From Octopus bimaculoides (lineage: Eukaryota), in the NCBI RefSeq assembly GCF_001194135.2, contig NC_068994.1, positions 540,515 to 604,446 of the forward strand: DNA of 63,932 nt. The letters run 5' to 3'. How positions within the stretch are numbered: the first letter of the stretch is position 1; the number at the start of each line of letters is the position of its first letter. The position numbers were made by a program, and so were the translations under genes. The notes under the pieces were generated by a model that was not told the origin of the DNA, made no database searches, and was given only the letters and a program-made list of their open reading frames with translations. Positions 12,529-25,709 of this stretch are shown piece after piece.

Positions 12529-13800
12529 TATATGTGTGTTGTGTAGCATCTATATTATAGTGTGTAGTTTACAGTGTGTATATATAGTGTAGCATGGTGT
12601 AATATATGTGGGGGAGGGAGAGAGAGAAAGAGTATATCTGCACTTGTGTTGTCATATATGTGTATGTATATACTATATATGTGTTTGTGTGTGTGTGCAC
12701 ATATCTGCATATATCCCTTATCTCTGTATGTATGTGTGTGTATGTGTATATCTGTATATCTACAAACACCACATGTATACATATGTGTGTATTATATGAA
12801 AGAATGTGACAGAGATATGGAGGTGATAACGCAAAACAAAAGGTGGAGGCAATGGTTTTGTGTGTATATATGTGTATATAGATATGGTTGTTTGTGAGCA
12901 CAAATGTGTTCCTGTGTGTGTCTGTGTATATATAGGTGTGTTTGCAATGGCTCTCTACTGTGTAGGTGTGTATAAAAACATATTTTAGTGTGTGTGTGTG
13001 TATTGTTGTGAAGAATCAGTGGTGAAAATAAAGACCGGCTGTGATTGTAGTTTGGTTTGAGTCCAATATCGGATTGCTTGGATTAGAATGGATCTATTGA
13101 AGGTTTGTGTGGAGATAAAAGAACAATATCCCCTCCTCCCCAACACCCCTGCGTAGATTGGATAGTGACGAGGGGTGGAGGGACAGTGTTAGCTATAGTT
13201 GGGGCTTTATTAGCAACACTTTCATTCAGGGTTCAAGCCTTATCACTGCAACCAAGTTTATTTGTTTAGGTTTTGTAAACAATGACGAACCCATAACTGC
13301 CTGAAGGTGTTAGCTATTCAGTCATTCGTTAATCATCATCACCTTCATTCAAACATCAATGTTCCGTGCTGGTATGGGTTGGACACTTTGACAAGAACCA
13401 CTGGGTCCAAGGACTGCATTGTGATCCAGGGTCTGCTTTATTATGGTTTCTATGGTTTGCTGTCCTTCCTAACCCCTTTCTAGCATGAACTGGGTGCTTT
13501 TTTTTTCCATCGCACCAGCACTAGGGAGGTCGCCATGCAGTTCACTGGACTACAAACTTTGAGGTAGGTGGTGGGGAGGTCAGTTTCATGCTAGGGGATG
13601 AGGGGGTTACTATTAGAGGTGGTGAGCAGAGAAGGTTCCTGCACAGGAACATTTGACCCCACTGAATGGAGCTCCTTGTCATCTGGACCTGTTCAAAGTA
13701 ACATCATGAACCCTAGAACACCAGGCGTTGTTATACACTGCCTGCAGAGCCCTTCACATTGTAGTGGACACCACTCCTTAAACTACTTGATCCTCTACAC

Positions 13801-14115
13801 CAAGGGTTCTCAACCATTTTCTATCTATGGACCCCCTTTGATTGCTCTTTTATTCTGGTGGTCCCCCATAGCCATTCGATGTTTGAAATCTAGTTTTATA
13901 GAAACTTCATTCAAAATTTCTGTTTTGTCTTTTCACACAGTGTGTGGGCTGAACTATGTAAAACGGTTAAACACCTCGCTGCTTCTTGCACTACATACAT
14001 CTAAAGCAAAAGTTTTTGCAGGGGCCCGTAAAATACTATTGTGGTTCCCTCAATTTACTATTTTGTTGTGTGGACCCCCCCAAAATCTTATATGGTCCCT
14101 GGTTGAGAGACACTG
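13801..14115. mobile_element. 315-bp hAT/Charlie-like MITE
   Basis: Imperfect TIRs CAAGGGTTCTCAACC / GGTTGAGAGACACTG (11/15 match); 8-bp TSD CTCTACAC (13793-13800) / CTCTACAT (14116-14123). Confidence 0.75.
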
Positions 14116-14755
14116 CTCTACATTAAACTAGAATATCACACACATAGTCAATTGAGGCTGAGCCCTCCCAAGGCCCTCCATGGAGCATTAGTCCTATTGT
14201 TGACTCGATAACACTCTGAGGATTCCAGGGCAGAGTCTGTAGGAGATGTGTGAGAGAGTACCAGTGCTGTTGTTTGGGGTATTTTGGAGTACTTTGTAGT
14301 CCCTTGTACTATATATACACATATATACAGATAGCTAGGCAGAAGACAGCAAGAGAAAGTGAGTGAGTGGTATTAAATAGATATAAATATTTACAGAGAG
14401 AGTGAATAAAAGTGGAGAGAACCCATCTCCACCCCTAACTGTAGGGTGTTGCCCCCCCTTCACCCATCACCACCATCTCCAAACTATGTAAAGGTCAAGA
14501 GATGTGTCATGAAAGGGAACAACTTTACTGTCTGTTATTTTTCTTACACCCTGCCACTCCTATCATAATAATAGACTATTCCACATTGTGTTCCAAGCAT
14601 AAACATTCTCATATGCACGCATACACACAGACACATACATACATATCCACATTACATATGCAGCCATAGGTAAACATACCTATATAAACAAAAACATATA
14701 TATATACATACGCACACATATGTACATATGTACACATGCACATTCATACACACAT

Positions 14756-14804
<49 letters not shown>

Positions 14805-15654
14805 TCATTGTATTGTGTTCTTTTTGTTACTTTCTTTTAACTATTTTCAGTTTTTCTTTGCATGATATGTGTGTGTATGTTCATATATATGTATATATAT
14901 CTGTGTGCGTATATATATTATGAGTGTGTGTGTGTGTGTGTAGAGAGAGAGAGAGGGGGGGGAGGAAGAAGAGACTATGAAGTCTTTGATAAACATAGAC
15001 ACATACATAAACATTCTTAAAAACACATAAACATACATGGAATGTGATGAAGGTATATACACACTATACACACTGCACACCCTATACAACACCAACCCAT
15101 AACAAGACACCTTCCTCCCCCCCCCACACCACCACCTTCTCTAAATAGACAAAGATGTTTGAAGTGAAACTTCCCTCTTTCTAAACAGGGATGACAGTTG
15201 GTGTATATACATGTGTGTGTGTATCTCTCTATATATTTGTGTATGTGTATGACAGTGTACATACATACATGTATGTGTGTATGTATACTTATGTGTGTGC
15301 ATACTTATGTATGTACATTTGTTGTTTGTGCCTATATCACTAATACATGTGTGTGTGTGTGTGTGTGTGTTTTCATGTATGTATACATTATATGATGTAT
15401 ATGAGGGTAAGGGTATATATAAGGCTATGTCTAATAGAGAGTGTATATTTGAACCTACCACAGCTCCTCCAAAGCCACTGTTTCAGTTTATTCCCTCAAT
15501 ATACCCCTATGTTATACCCCACAGGGGCTACCCCCAGAGTACCACACAATTGTAATGTACAGTATTTCTGTTATAAAGCTGTATAAAACATCTTATAAGC
15601 AGACTTTCAGGATTAATTAAAAACATTCAGGGATCAAAATACACACATCTATAT

Positions 15655-15762
15655 TAGATAGATAGACAGACAGACAGACAGATAGATGGGGAAGTACGTA
15701 GGCTGGTAGGTAGATAGATAGACAGACAAACAGACAGGTAGGTAGGTAGGTAGGTAGGTAGG

Positions 15763-15832
<70 letters not shown>

Positions 15833-15833
15833 T
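15655..15833. repeat. Compound (GATA)n/(GGTA)n/(GACA)n microsatellite; representative of the very many (AT)n, (CA)n, (GA)n, (AAT)n and (CAT)n tracts in the window
   Basis: Read directly from the sequence. Confidence 0.95.
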
Positions 15834-15947
15834 AGTCATGACTGTACAGTGATATGAAGTTTGCTTCTCAACTACATGGTTTTGGGTTCAGTTCCATTGC
15901 TTGACCACTTGGGCTACTGTCTTCTCCAATAATATGTGAGTCTGAAG

Positions 15948-16265
15948 GCAATGTGGTTAGGGGGGGGGGTATTTGGTTCACAGTTGTAAGGTTGTGAGTT
16001 CAATTCCCAACAGCACATTGTGTCCTTAAGCAAGACACTTTACTTCACATTGCTCCAGTTCACTCAGCTGGCAAAGAGGAGTTGTACCTGTAATTCAAAG
16101 GGGCCAGCCTTGCCTCATTCTGTGTCATGCTGAATCTCCCTGAGAACTACATTAAGGGAATTTGTGTCTTTGGAGTACTCAGCCACTTGCACATTAATTT
16201 CACGAGCAGGCTGTTCTGCTGACTGGATCAGCTGGAACATTTATCATCATAACCAACGGAGTGCC
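15948..16265 (+). mobile_element. SINE family B (tRNA head + TCCTTAAGCAAGACACTTTACTTCACATTGCTCCAG core; Meta/V-SINE-like)
   Basis: B-box GAGTTCAATTCC; core shared with minus-strand copies at 32178-32368, 39185-39297 and 63290-63452, and with a fragment near 19045-19140. Confidence 0.75.
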
Positions 16266-19200
16266 AGTGTGTGTGTCTTGACATTGCATGATTGTTGTAA
16301 ACGAGTGTCAGTGTCATACAAGCAGTGCCATTTCCAAAATTTGTGAGAATGTGGCCATTGGGAAATATTACCTTGCATGGAAACAGGTGAGGATTGGGGG
16401 TGGGAAGGGCGTTTGGCTAAAGGAAATCTGCCTCAGTTAATTCCAACAAACCCATGCAAACAGAGAAAAGTAGACATTAAAACAATGATCATCATCATCA
16501 TCATCATCATCGTTTAACGTCCGCTTTCCATGNNNNNNNNNNNNNNNNNNNNNNNNNNNNNNNNNNNNNNNNNNNNNNNNNNNNNNNNNNNNNNNNNNNN
16601 NNNNNNNNNNNNNNNNNNNNNNNNNNNNNNNNNNNNNNNNNNNNNNNNNNNNNNNNNNNNNNNNNNNNNNNNNNNNNNNNNNNNNNNNNNNNNNNNNNNN
16701 NNNNNNNNNNNNNNNNNNNNNNNNNNNNNNNNNNNNNNNNNNNNNNNNNNNNNNNNNNNNNNNNNNNNNNNNNNNNNNNNNNNNNNNNNNNNNNNNNNNN
16801 NNNNNNNNNNNNNNNNNNNNNNNNNNNNNNNNNNNNNNNNNNNNNNNNNNNNNNNNNNNNNNNNNNNNNNNNNNNNNNNNNNNNNNNNNNNNNNNNNNNN
16901 NNNNNNNNNNNNNNNNNNNNNNNNNNNNNNNNNNNNNNNNNNNNNNNNNNNNNNNNNNNNNNNNNNNNNNNNNNNNNNNNNNNNNNNNNNNNNNNNNNNN
17001 NNNNNNNNNNNNNNNNNNNNNNNNNNNNNNNNNNNNNNNNNNNNNNNNNNNNNNNNNNNNNNNNNNNNNNNNNNNNNNNNNNNNNNNNNNNNNNNNNNNN
17101 NNNNNNNNNNNNNNNNNNNNNNNNNNNNNNNNNNNNNNNNNNNNNNNNNNNNNNNNNNNNNNNNNNNNNNNNNNNNNNNNNNNNNNNNNNNNNNNNNNNN
17201 NNNNNNNNNNNNNNNNNNNNNNNNNNNNNNNNNNNNNNNNNNNNNNNNNNNNNNNNNNNNNNNNNNNNNNNNNNNNNNNNNNNNNNNNNNNNNNNNNNNN
17301 NNNNNNNNNNNNNATAATGATGATATTTGTGTGAAAGAGAGAGAAGTGGAGGAGGAAGTAGTAGGGAATGTTGTATAGATTGTTGGTAATCTTGGAGAAA
17401 CATGAACCATTGAAGAATTTATGTGAACCTTTTAGTGGCACAGGGCCAATATTTGCTGCCAGCGAGCTTGATGGCTTATGTCATTTTATACCATGCATAT
17501 ATGCATACACACACATATATGTATGCATACATATAAGCATACACACACACACACACAAGCATATATCTATATTTGCAAATACAAATATATTGTCATCATC
17601 ATTATCGTCACAATTTAGCATCTGTTTCCCATGTTGTCATAGGCTGGACAGCTCACTTCTTATACAACAATATTTCATGACTAGATTTTAGTCAGAAACC
17701 AACCATTCATTTGTTTCATTTTGACCCATGTCCTTCCTTTGTACCGCTGGCCATGTCCTTCCTATCTCTGACCACTTCACAGAGTGTCCCTTGATGGGTT
17801 TTTATTTTGGCACCAGTTTTAGGGAAGTGACCTGACCCTACTAAGGCTGCAGAGTTCCTTCATTGCCCTAAAATGTATCCATAGAATAGTGAGGACTGAA
17901 TAGATAGACTNNNNNNNNNNNNNNNNNNNNNNNNNNNNNNNNNNNNNNNNNNNNNNNNNNNNNNNNNNNNNNNNNNNNNNNNNNNNNNNNNNNNNNNNNN
18001 NNNNNNNNNNNNNNNNNNNNNNNNNNNNNNNNNNNNNNNNNNNNNNNNNNNNNNNNNNNNNNNNNNNNNNNNNNNNNNNNNNNNNNNNNNNNNNNNNNNN
18101 NNNNNNNNNNNNNNNNNNNNNNNNNNNNNNNNNNNNNNNNNNNNNNNNNNNNNNNNNNNNNNNNNNNNNNNNNNNNNNNNNNNNNNNNNNNNNNNNNNNN
18201 NNNNNNNNNNNNNNNNNNNNNNNNNNNNNNNNNNNNNNNNNNNNNNNNNNNNNNNNNNNNNNNNNNNNNNNNNNNNNNNNNNNNNNNNNNNNNNNNNNNN
18301 NNNNNNNNNNNNNNNNNNNNNNNNNNNNNNNNNNNNNNNNNNNNNNNNNNNNNNNNNNNNNNNNNNNNNNNNNNNNNNNNNNNNNNNNNNNNNNNNNNNN
18401 NNNNNNNNNNNNNNNNNNNNNNNNNNNNNNNNNNNNNNNNNNNNNNNNNNNNNNNNNNNNNNNNNNNNNNNNNNNNNNNNNNNNNNNNNNNNNNNNNNNN
18501 NNNNNNNNNNNNNNNNNNNNNNNNNNNNNNNNNNNNNNNNNNNNNNNNNNNNNNNNNNNNNNNNNNNNNNNNNNNNNNNNNNNNNNNNNNNNNNNNNNNN
18601 NNNNNNNNNNNNNNNNNNNNNNNNNNNNNNNNNNNNNNNNNNNNNNNNNNNNNNNNNNNNNNNNNNNNNNNNNNNNNNNNNNNNNNNNNNNNNNNNNNNN
18701 NNNNNNNNNATTCTACCTGACAAGTAGACATCAAAATATATTCCTAGATTCACTTCAGCTACCCCCCCCCACCCCACCCGGGTATATCAACCTAACTTCC
18801 CTCTGGGGTATATCGGAGCGAGTCAGAAGCAATTGTATCACTTCTACACAACATCGTTTTTTTTATTTTCTCTCACTATACACTCCCCTATCTTATACAC
18901 ATCATGCTGTTGTACAAAAACTTCAGTACGTACATACACACATACATCTGTATGTACACATATACATATGTCTGTATGTACATCCATAGATATTTATGTT
19001 CCTACATATTCTGCATTAAATGTAGAAGCAGTGATGAGTGACAATTGGAGTACTCAGCCACTTGTACATTCATTTCATCAGCAGCCTATTCTGTTGACGG
19101 GATCAACTGGAAACCCCATCGTCAGAAGCAACCAAGTGCCAGTTCATCTAATCATTGAAGGTCCTTTTTATAAAAGTTGCCGCCCACAAAACATGGTCTT

Positions 19201-21084
19201 TTCCCACACACTTGCCCCAACAGAACAGACCTTTCTCAATCGGCCTTAAAATCAGAACAAAACTCCATCTGTCCCTTTGGAATAAACTAAGTTTTAGTGG
19301 AGAATGGCATCAAACCAAATGAGCAGTTTTCTGCTACATGGAGTTGGTCATTCGGACTTACTGGCATACACACACATGCCATTGTTGTACTGGTGCCACA
19401 TAAAATGCACTCAGGTGACTCTGGTATTAGGAAGGGCATCTGGTCATAGAAGCCATGCCAAAACAGACAAATGGTGCCTGGTGCATAGATTCTATCAAAC
19501 TGTCCAACCCATGCCAGCATGAAAAACTGATGTTAATTGATGATGATGATGATGCATGTATATATACACTCATACCAGTTGAGTATATACACAAATATAC
19601 AGCCACACACATACACACACATGCACACGTATGCATTATTGACAAAAATGTGGTAGATGTTTTCCATGAATGCTACATGTTCTTCACAAAAGTTTCATCA
19701 TTTTCCCCCATCAAACATGGCTTCCTTGTCCAGATTTTATTATTTCTCAAAATGGAATTAGAATTTTATTTTCAAATCCGCAGACTTTGTGTTGCTTGGA
19801 CTGGCCCTGCTCAGCCCACATCAACATGATTTACTATAAACATGTTGTATACACAAATATATCCACACTTCTATTTCTGTGAAGCATAAATCTCACAGTG
19901 AGGGTGTGTGTGTGGACTAACCCTATTCAGCTGGGGTGGGCTGGGAGGGAGAGACAGACAATCATACAAGCTATAAGGGTACATCCTACACTGGGGGTGT
20001 GGGGACTGTTGTTATATTGATTTATGTAAAGATGTCTGTTAAAGGATCTTGATCCTTAGTTCCACTAAATTCTAACTACCCACCCCAGCATGAAGCCTCT
20101 TCTTAAATTTTCATTTTTTTCTCTCTACCCCTTCCACACACCCTCACCCTACCATTATGCTAGAAATAACAGCAGAATCTCCCTCAAATTACATCTTATA
20201 GCCTTTAAAAGGGAGTGACACATTAAATACTGTGAGGCATATGGTCATGGATGGATTGTATTTGATCCTATATTTATTCAGTCACAGCTATCCAACACTC
20301 ACCACCTAGTACTACCACCACCACCACCACCACATTGTCATCTCAACCTCCTGTCACCCAGTAAAGTTCCTTCATCAAGGGTCACTTACCTCTGAACCCT
20401 TCATTGTCTGGTTATAAAATAGGGGGAAGCCAAGCATGAAGTGGGGGGAGGGTACTGTGTAAAGGTGATAAGGTAGGTATGTCAATCATGGTGGGGGTGG
20501 GAGTGGCTATTGCTGCCAAGAACATTGTCTACCTCACACCTTCTCTCCCTTTATACCCTCCACCCACTCTCTCTACACTCCCCTCCCCCTCCCTCTACTC
20601 CAAGCAATCAGGGGAAAGTGTGTAAAGATACTAGAAATAATAGCCTGTCATCTTAAAAGGGGAAGGACACTAGAGAGTGCAGTGGTGACACAGGAGTAGG
20701 GGGTCTCTCCCATAGTAATAGCTGTAGTAATGGTGGTGGTGGTCATAATGAGCTGTGTGTCACTATGTGGAAGATGGCGACTACCTCACATGCTGGGTAA
20801 CATTCAAAGAGGAAAGTCTACCGACAATACAGCTTGTTGTAGAGGGGAGGGGAGAGGTAGCAGTAGTATGAATGGTGGTGGTGGTGGTGGTGGTGGTTGT
20901 TATTAGTTCCTTCTCAAGCTATGCCTGGCTCATTGGCCTATAGGTCCCCCACCTGGACGGGACGCCACAGGTGAACTGCTAGATGCAGGAGGAGGAAAGA
21001 AGGAGAGAAAGTTGCAGCAAAAGAATCAGCAGAATATGGGACAAAAGACTGAAGGACAACCTTCAGATGAAATGAGAAAAGGCT

Positions 21085-21431
21085 GAGATACCTGGCACAC
21101 CTTGCTGTGCTCAAGAAGACCTGTCCTCCACAATGTTACGGGGGGGGGGGGCCTCTCCCTGGGGAAGAGCATGGACTTACAAGAGTCCTGTGCTGCGACC
21201 ACATAAAAGCCCTTGTGTCAGTGCCATATGAAAAACACCCAGTGGCACACCACACTCTCAGAGTGGTTGGCATTATTAGGAAGGGCATCCAGCTGTAGAA
21301 ACCAAGCCCAATCAGACTGGAATTTGGTGCAGATCTCCAGCTTACCAGTTCCAGTCAAACTGTCCAACCCATGCCAGCATGGAAAACAAACGTTAAAGGA
21401 CGATGATGATGATGATGATGATGATGATGAT
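21085..21431 (+). mobile_element. RTE-clade LINE 3' end (ORF end + 3' UTR + (GAT)n tail)
   Basis: The ORF end resembles ...AVLEKT of the 44565-45425 copy, followed by the shared GGAAGGGCATCCAGCTGTAGAAAC and CCAACCCATGCCAGCATGGAAAA tail. Confidence 0.7.
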
Positions 21432-21733
21432 ATATATAACTACAAATAATATGGGTGTCTTATTAGCAATTCAACAACCTAAAGGCAAGTTCATAGACAT
21501 CAGTAAAGTGACAGAGGATACTAAGTGGTAACCAGCATTGCTAGAAATAAAAGTCAAAACAATTTAATAGCCATAGAAGCACTATCTTAATGACTGACAA
21601 AGGAGACAAGCTCCCCCTAGTGGACATAGCCAGATCACAGAGGATTTTGACTTTTGATGCAGAACATCTTAATTCTCATTGGTGGCTCTTCCTGTGCCTA
21701 GGGTTAAACTCACTCTTTCTCTGTGTGTGTGTG

Positions 21734-21801
<68 letters not shown>

Positions 21802-23789
21802 TGTACATACATACATCCATACAGTTACCAGCAAAGAAAGACATACAAAGAGGAGGAGGAGGTGGCAGTTGATGATGGAGTGTGTGTGTGTGTGTGTGTC
21901 TTTGGAGGCAATTTATATCAATGACATGATAAATGTATATGTCTGTGTGGACGACATCACGTGTGTATATGTTTATACACCTGTGTATGTGTGTAGAGTG
22001 GAAGGTTTGTGACTTTCCATACAATTAAGGTCTCAGACAAATTGATATTTTGTTTGAAGTAAATTACTCACCTTACACTCTTCTTTATACACACTCCACT
22101 GTGTCAGGCAGTCAGTGTGTGTGTGTATGTATGTGTCTGTGTGTGTATATATGTGTGTATGTATGTGTATATATATATATGTGTGTGTGTGTGTATGTGT
22201 ATATATATGTGTNNNNNNNNNNNNNNNNNNNNNNNNNNNNNNNNNNNNNNNNNNNNNNNNNNNNNNNNNNNNNNNNNNNNNNNNNNNNNNNNNNNNNNNN
22301 NNNNNNNNNNNNNNNNNNNNNNNNNNNNNNNNNNNNNNNNNNNNNNNNNNNNNNNNNNNNNNNNNNNNNNNNNNNNNNNNNNNNNNNNNNNNNNNNNNNN
22401 NNNNNNNNNNNNNNNNNNNNNNNNNNNNNNNNNNNNNNNNNNNNNNNNNNNNNNNNNNNNNNNNNNNNNNNNNNNNNNNNNNNNNNNNNNNNNNNNNNNN
22501 NNNNNNNNNNNNNNNNNNNNNNNNNNNNNNNNNNNNNNNNNNNNNNNNNNNNNNNNNNNNNNNNNNNNNNNNNNNNNNNNNNNNNNNNNNNNNNNNNNNN
22601 NNNNNNNNNNNNNNNNNNNNNNNNNNNNNNNNNNNNNNNNNNNNNNNNNNNNNNNNNNNNNNNNNNNNNNNNNNNNNNNNNNNNNNNNNNNNNNNNNNNN
22701 NNNNNNNNNNNNNNNNNNNNNNNNNNNNNNNNNNNNNNNNNNNNNNNNNNNNNNNNNNNNNNNNNNNNNNNNNNNNNNNNNNNNNNNNNNNNNNNNNNNN
22801 NNNNNNNNNNNNNNNNNNNNNNNNNNNNNNNNNNNNNNNNNNNNNNNNNNNNNNNNNNNNNNNNNNNNNNNNNNNNNNNNNNNNNNNNNNNNNNNNNNNN
22901 NNNNNNNNNNNNNNNNNNNNNNNNNNNNNNNNNNNNNNNNNNNNNNNNNNNNNNNNNNNNNNNNNNNNNNNNNNNNNNNNNNNNNNNNNNNNNNNNNNNN
23001 NNNNNNNNNNNNNNNNNNNNNNNNNNNNNNNNATTGTGGTGGTAGTGGTGGTGGTGGTGGTGGTAACATTGATATGATGTTCATCATTATTAACGGCATC
23101 ATTGCAATATACTTTTAAGGATATTTAACTGTTGTTTCTAGCTTATTGAACAAACCCCTCAGATTTGTTCTTTCATTTTTGTTGCTGTTGTTTAACCTCT
23201 ACTGTATATGGAGCAGTCTCATTAAGGAAGCCAACCACGACCACCACCACTGTTCTAGATTCTAATGTATCTAGGACTACATTATCAATGATTTATTCCT
23301 ATTTTAGGGAGATGTGACTGCTATTTTTAGCAGGTAGCTGAGAAACATTTGACATCAATATATTGATCCACTTGTGATGTAATGTTGCTAGATTCTGTTT
23401 GCTGATCTTGGGGGAGTATTTGCCATAGGGGACTATTAGCCTATCCAGGGGATGATATATTTTACATCTATTTAACTCTACAACCAATAACACAATGCGT
23501 ATTTCTATGATATTATTTTGGATTGTCTTTAGATTGACTTGGAATGGAGGTGCTGAGTCTTTCATCTGTTTTGTCTGGGTTAAATTTTTTCTACTGCAAA
23601 GACAGCAGGAAAACTAGATGCCATGCTTGACCGCTGAAATCTTCAAGTTTTTTTCATTGTCTCTCCGTTTATTTTCTCTTATTCTTTTCTGTTGAAGAGT
23701 GTAGGCTAAATACGTATAAGACTTTTTCATTTTCCCAAGCATCAAACTAATACACCTGTCTTTGGCTTTTGTTTTTCTATAAATTTCAA

Positions 23790-23830
<41 letters not shown>

Positions 23831-23831
<1 letters not shown>

Positions 23832-23978
23832 CATTATTTAGACTTGACAGATATTTGTCCTCATCTTGTTTGTTGTTAACACGTTTCAGCTGATATACCC
23901 TCCAGCCTTCATCAGGTGTCTTGGGGAAATTATGAACCTGGGTTCTCATTCTTAAGGTATTTTTCGATGTTGTTGTTG

Positions 23979-24070
<92 letters not shown>
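23831..24070 (-). mobile_element. SINE family C copy without its head (tail + (AAC)n(AAT)n), inverted relative to 24072-24345
   Basis: About 130 bp is the reverse complement of 24190-24325. Confidence 0.8.
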
Positions 24071-24071
<1 letters not shown>

Positions 24072-24072
<1 letters not shown>

Positions 24073-24345
24073 GCCTACGGACATATGGCATAGTGGTTAA
24101 GAGCACGGGCTACTAACCCCAAGATTCTGAGTTCGATTCCAGGCAGTGACCTGAATAATAATAATAATAACAACAACAACATTAAAAAAAAATACGTTAG
24201 GAATGAGAACCCAGGTTTGAAATTTCCCCAAGACACCTGACGAAGGCTGGAGGGTATATCAGCCGAAATGTTGTGTTAATAACAAACAAGATGAGGACAA
24301 ATATCCATCAAACGTAAATAATGTAAATAATGTACATAATTCCTC
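24072..24345 (+). mobile_element. SINE family C: tRNA-derived head, (AAT)n(AAC)n, tail with a hammerhead-like core
   Basis: A-box TGGCATAGTGG (24086-96), B-box GAGTTCGATTC (24129-39); tail CTGACGA-A-GGCTG...CAGCC-GAAA (24237-24268). Confidence 0.75.
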
Positions 24346-25288
24346 ATCTCTTAAATATAGAACTGTATATGTATATATATAGATATATATATATATATGT
24401 ATGTATGTGTATGTGTGTATACACCCACTATTATTTCAGCACAGTATGGACAATGGTATCATCAATCAGAAAGACCAAATTCAAAATCCTTATTCAGTTC
24501 CTGTTTGAACCTTCCTATCTCCACCCACCCCCACTTTCTCTGAGTGCGTTTAACAACTTCTTCCATTGATGTTTTAATGTTATCTACATCACAGAGTCAT
24601 CTCCATCTGAAAGAATCTTATATTTAGGATAAAAAAAAATCTCTCTATAATCTCACTTTTATAGAAATAGTGTTAAAAACATGTCACAACCAGATGACAA
24701 TGAGTTTGTGTCTAGAACTGGATTGCTACACAACTCTTTAATATCTAAAAACACTAAAAACTATTGTTTTGTTTCAACCATTTTGATTTTTGTTGTTTTT
24801 TTCCTCTTTCTTTCTTCCACCCGGGTGTCCCCCCCCCCTTACATTTCCCCCCTGATAAATACTTGTTACTTTAAACTGTTTTAAATACTTTTCGTATTTC
24901 ACTCTGGTCTTCGTTCCATTATTATTTCGGTAATTCAAACCTTTTATAACAATCTGTGGCGCCACAACACAGAAACAAGATCCTCCTTTTTCAGGGCAAA
25001 GACGTTTTTCTTTCTTCTTCCCTGCCTTTCTTCTTCCCTGCCTTTCTTCTTCTTCTTCTTCTTCTTCTGTTAGTGAATTCCTTTATATTCTAGCTCCTTC
25101 ATTTCTCTAAATTCTTCCCTATTCAAGCTCATTCTTTCAGTTTCTTCTGATTCCTGGCAACTTACCATTCACCGTTACTAACTGGGATCATGCTTCAGGC
25201 ACCAGTATTTGTTGATTTAGCTTCTTTATTATTATTGCTGTTGTTCTTCTTCTTCTCCTTGCTATCACCACCACTGCCTACAATAATG

Positions 25289-25365
<77 letters not shown>

Positions 25366-25673
25366 TTCTTTATTTGCCACAAGGTTGACATGTAAGGGGA
25401 CATCACAGGACAAATTACAAGAAAAACATTTGGGGATTTTACAGAAACAAGATAAAAATCAAGTATGAAACAACAACAACAACAATAATCATGCTAGCTA
25501 ATAGATTGATGTAATTAGCAACTGTTTAGATAAGTTTCTTTTTTACTTACAAGATTCCAAAGACATTGTTTTCTTTAAGAGTTCTTGTTTTCTGTTGACG
25601 GAGGAATTTTTGACAAAACTTCAAAGTAATCCATCATTATCAATATTACTACTACTACTACTACTACTACTAC

Positions 25674-25709
<36 letters not shown>

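Noticed and set aside
13598-14131. 177-aa ORF
   Set aside because: It runs across a decayed repeat and the hAT MITE, with no recognisable domain or splice context.
24072-24150. tRNA gene (also other A/B-box heads at 15950, 29352 and 58650)
   Set aside because: No complete cloverleaf or acceptor stem; each runs into a multi-copy SINE body.
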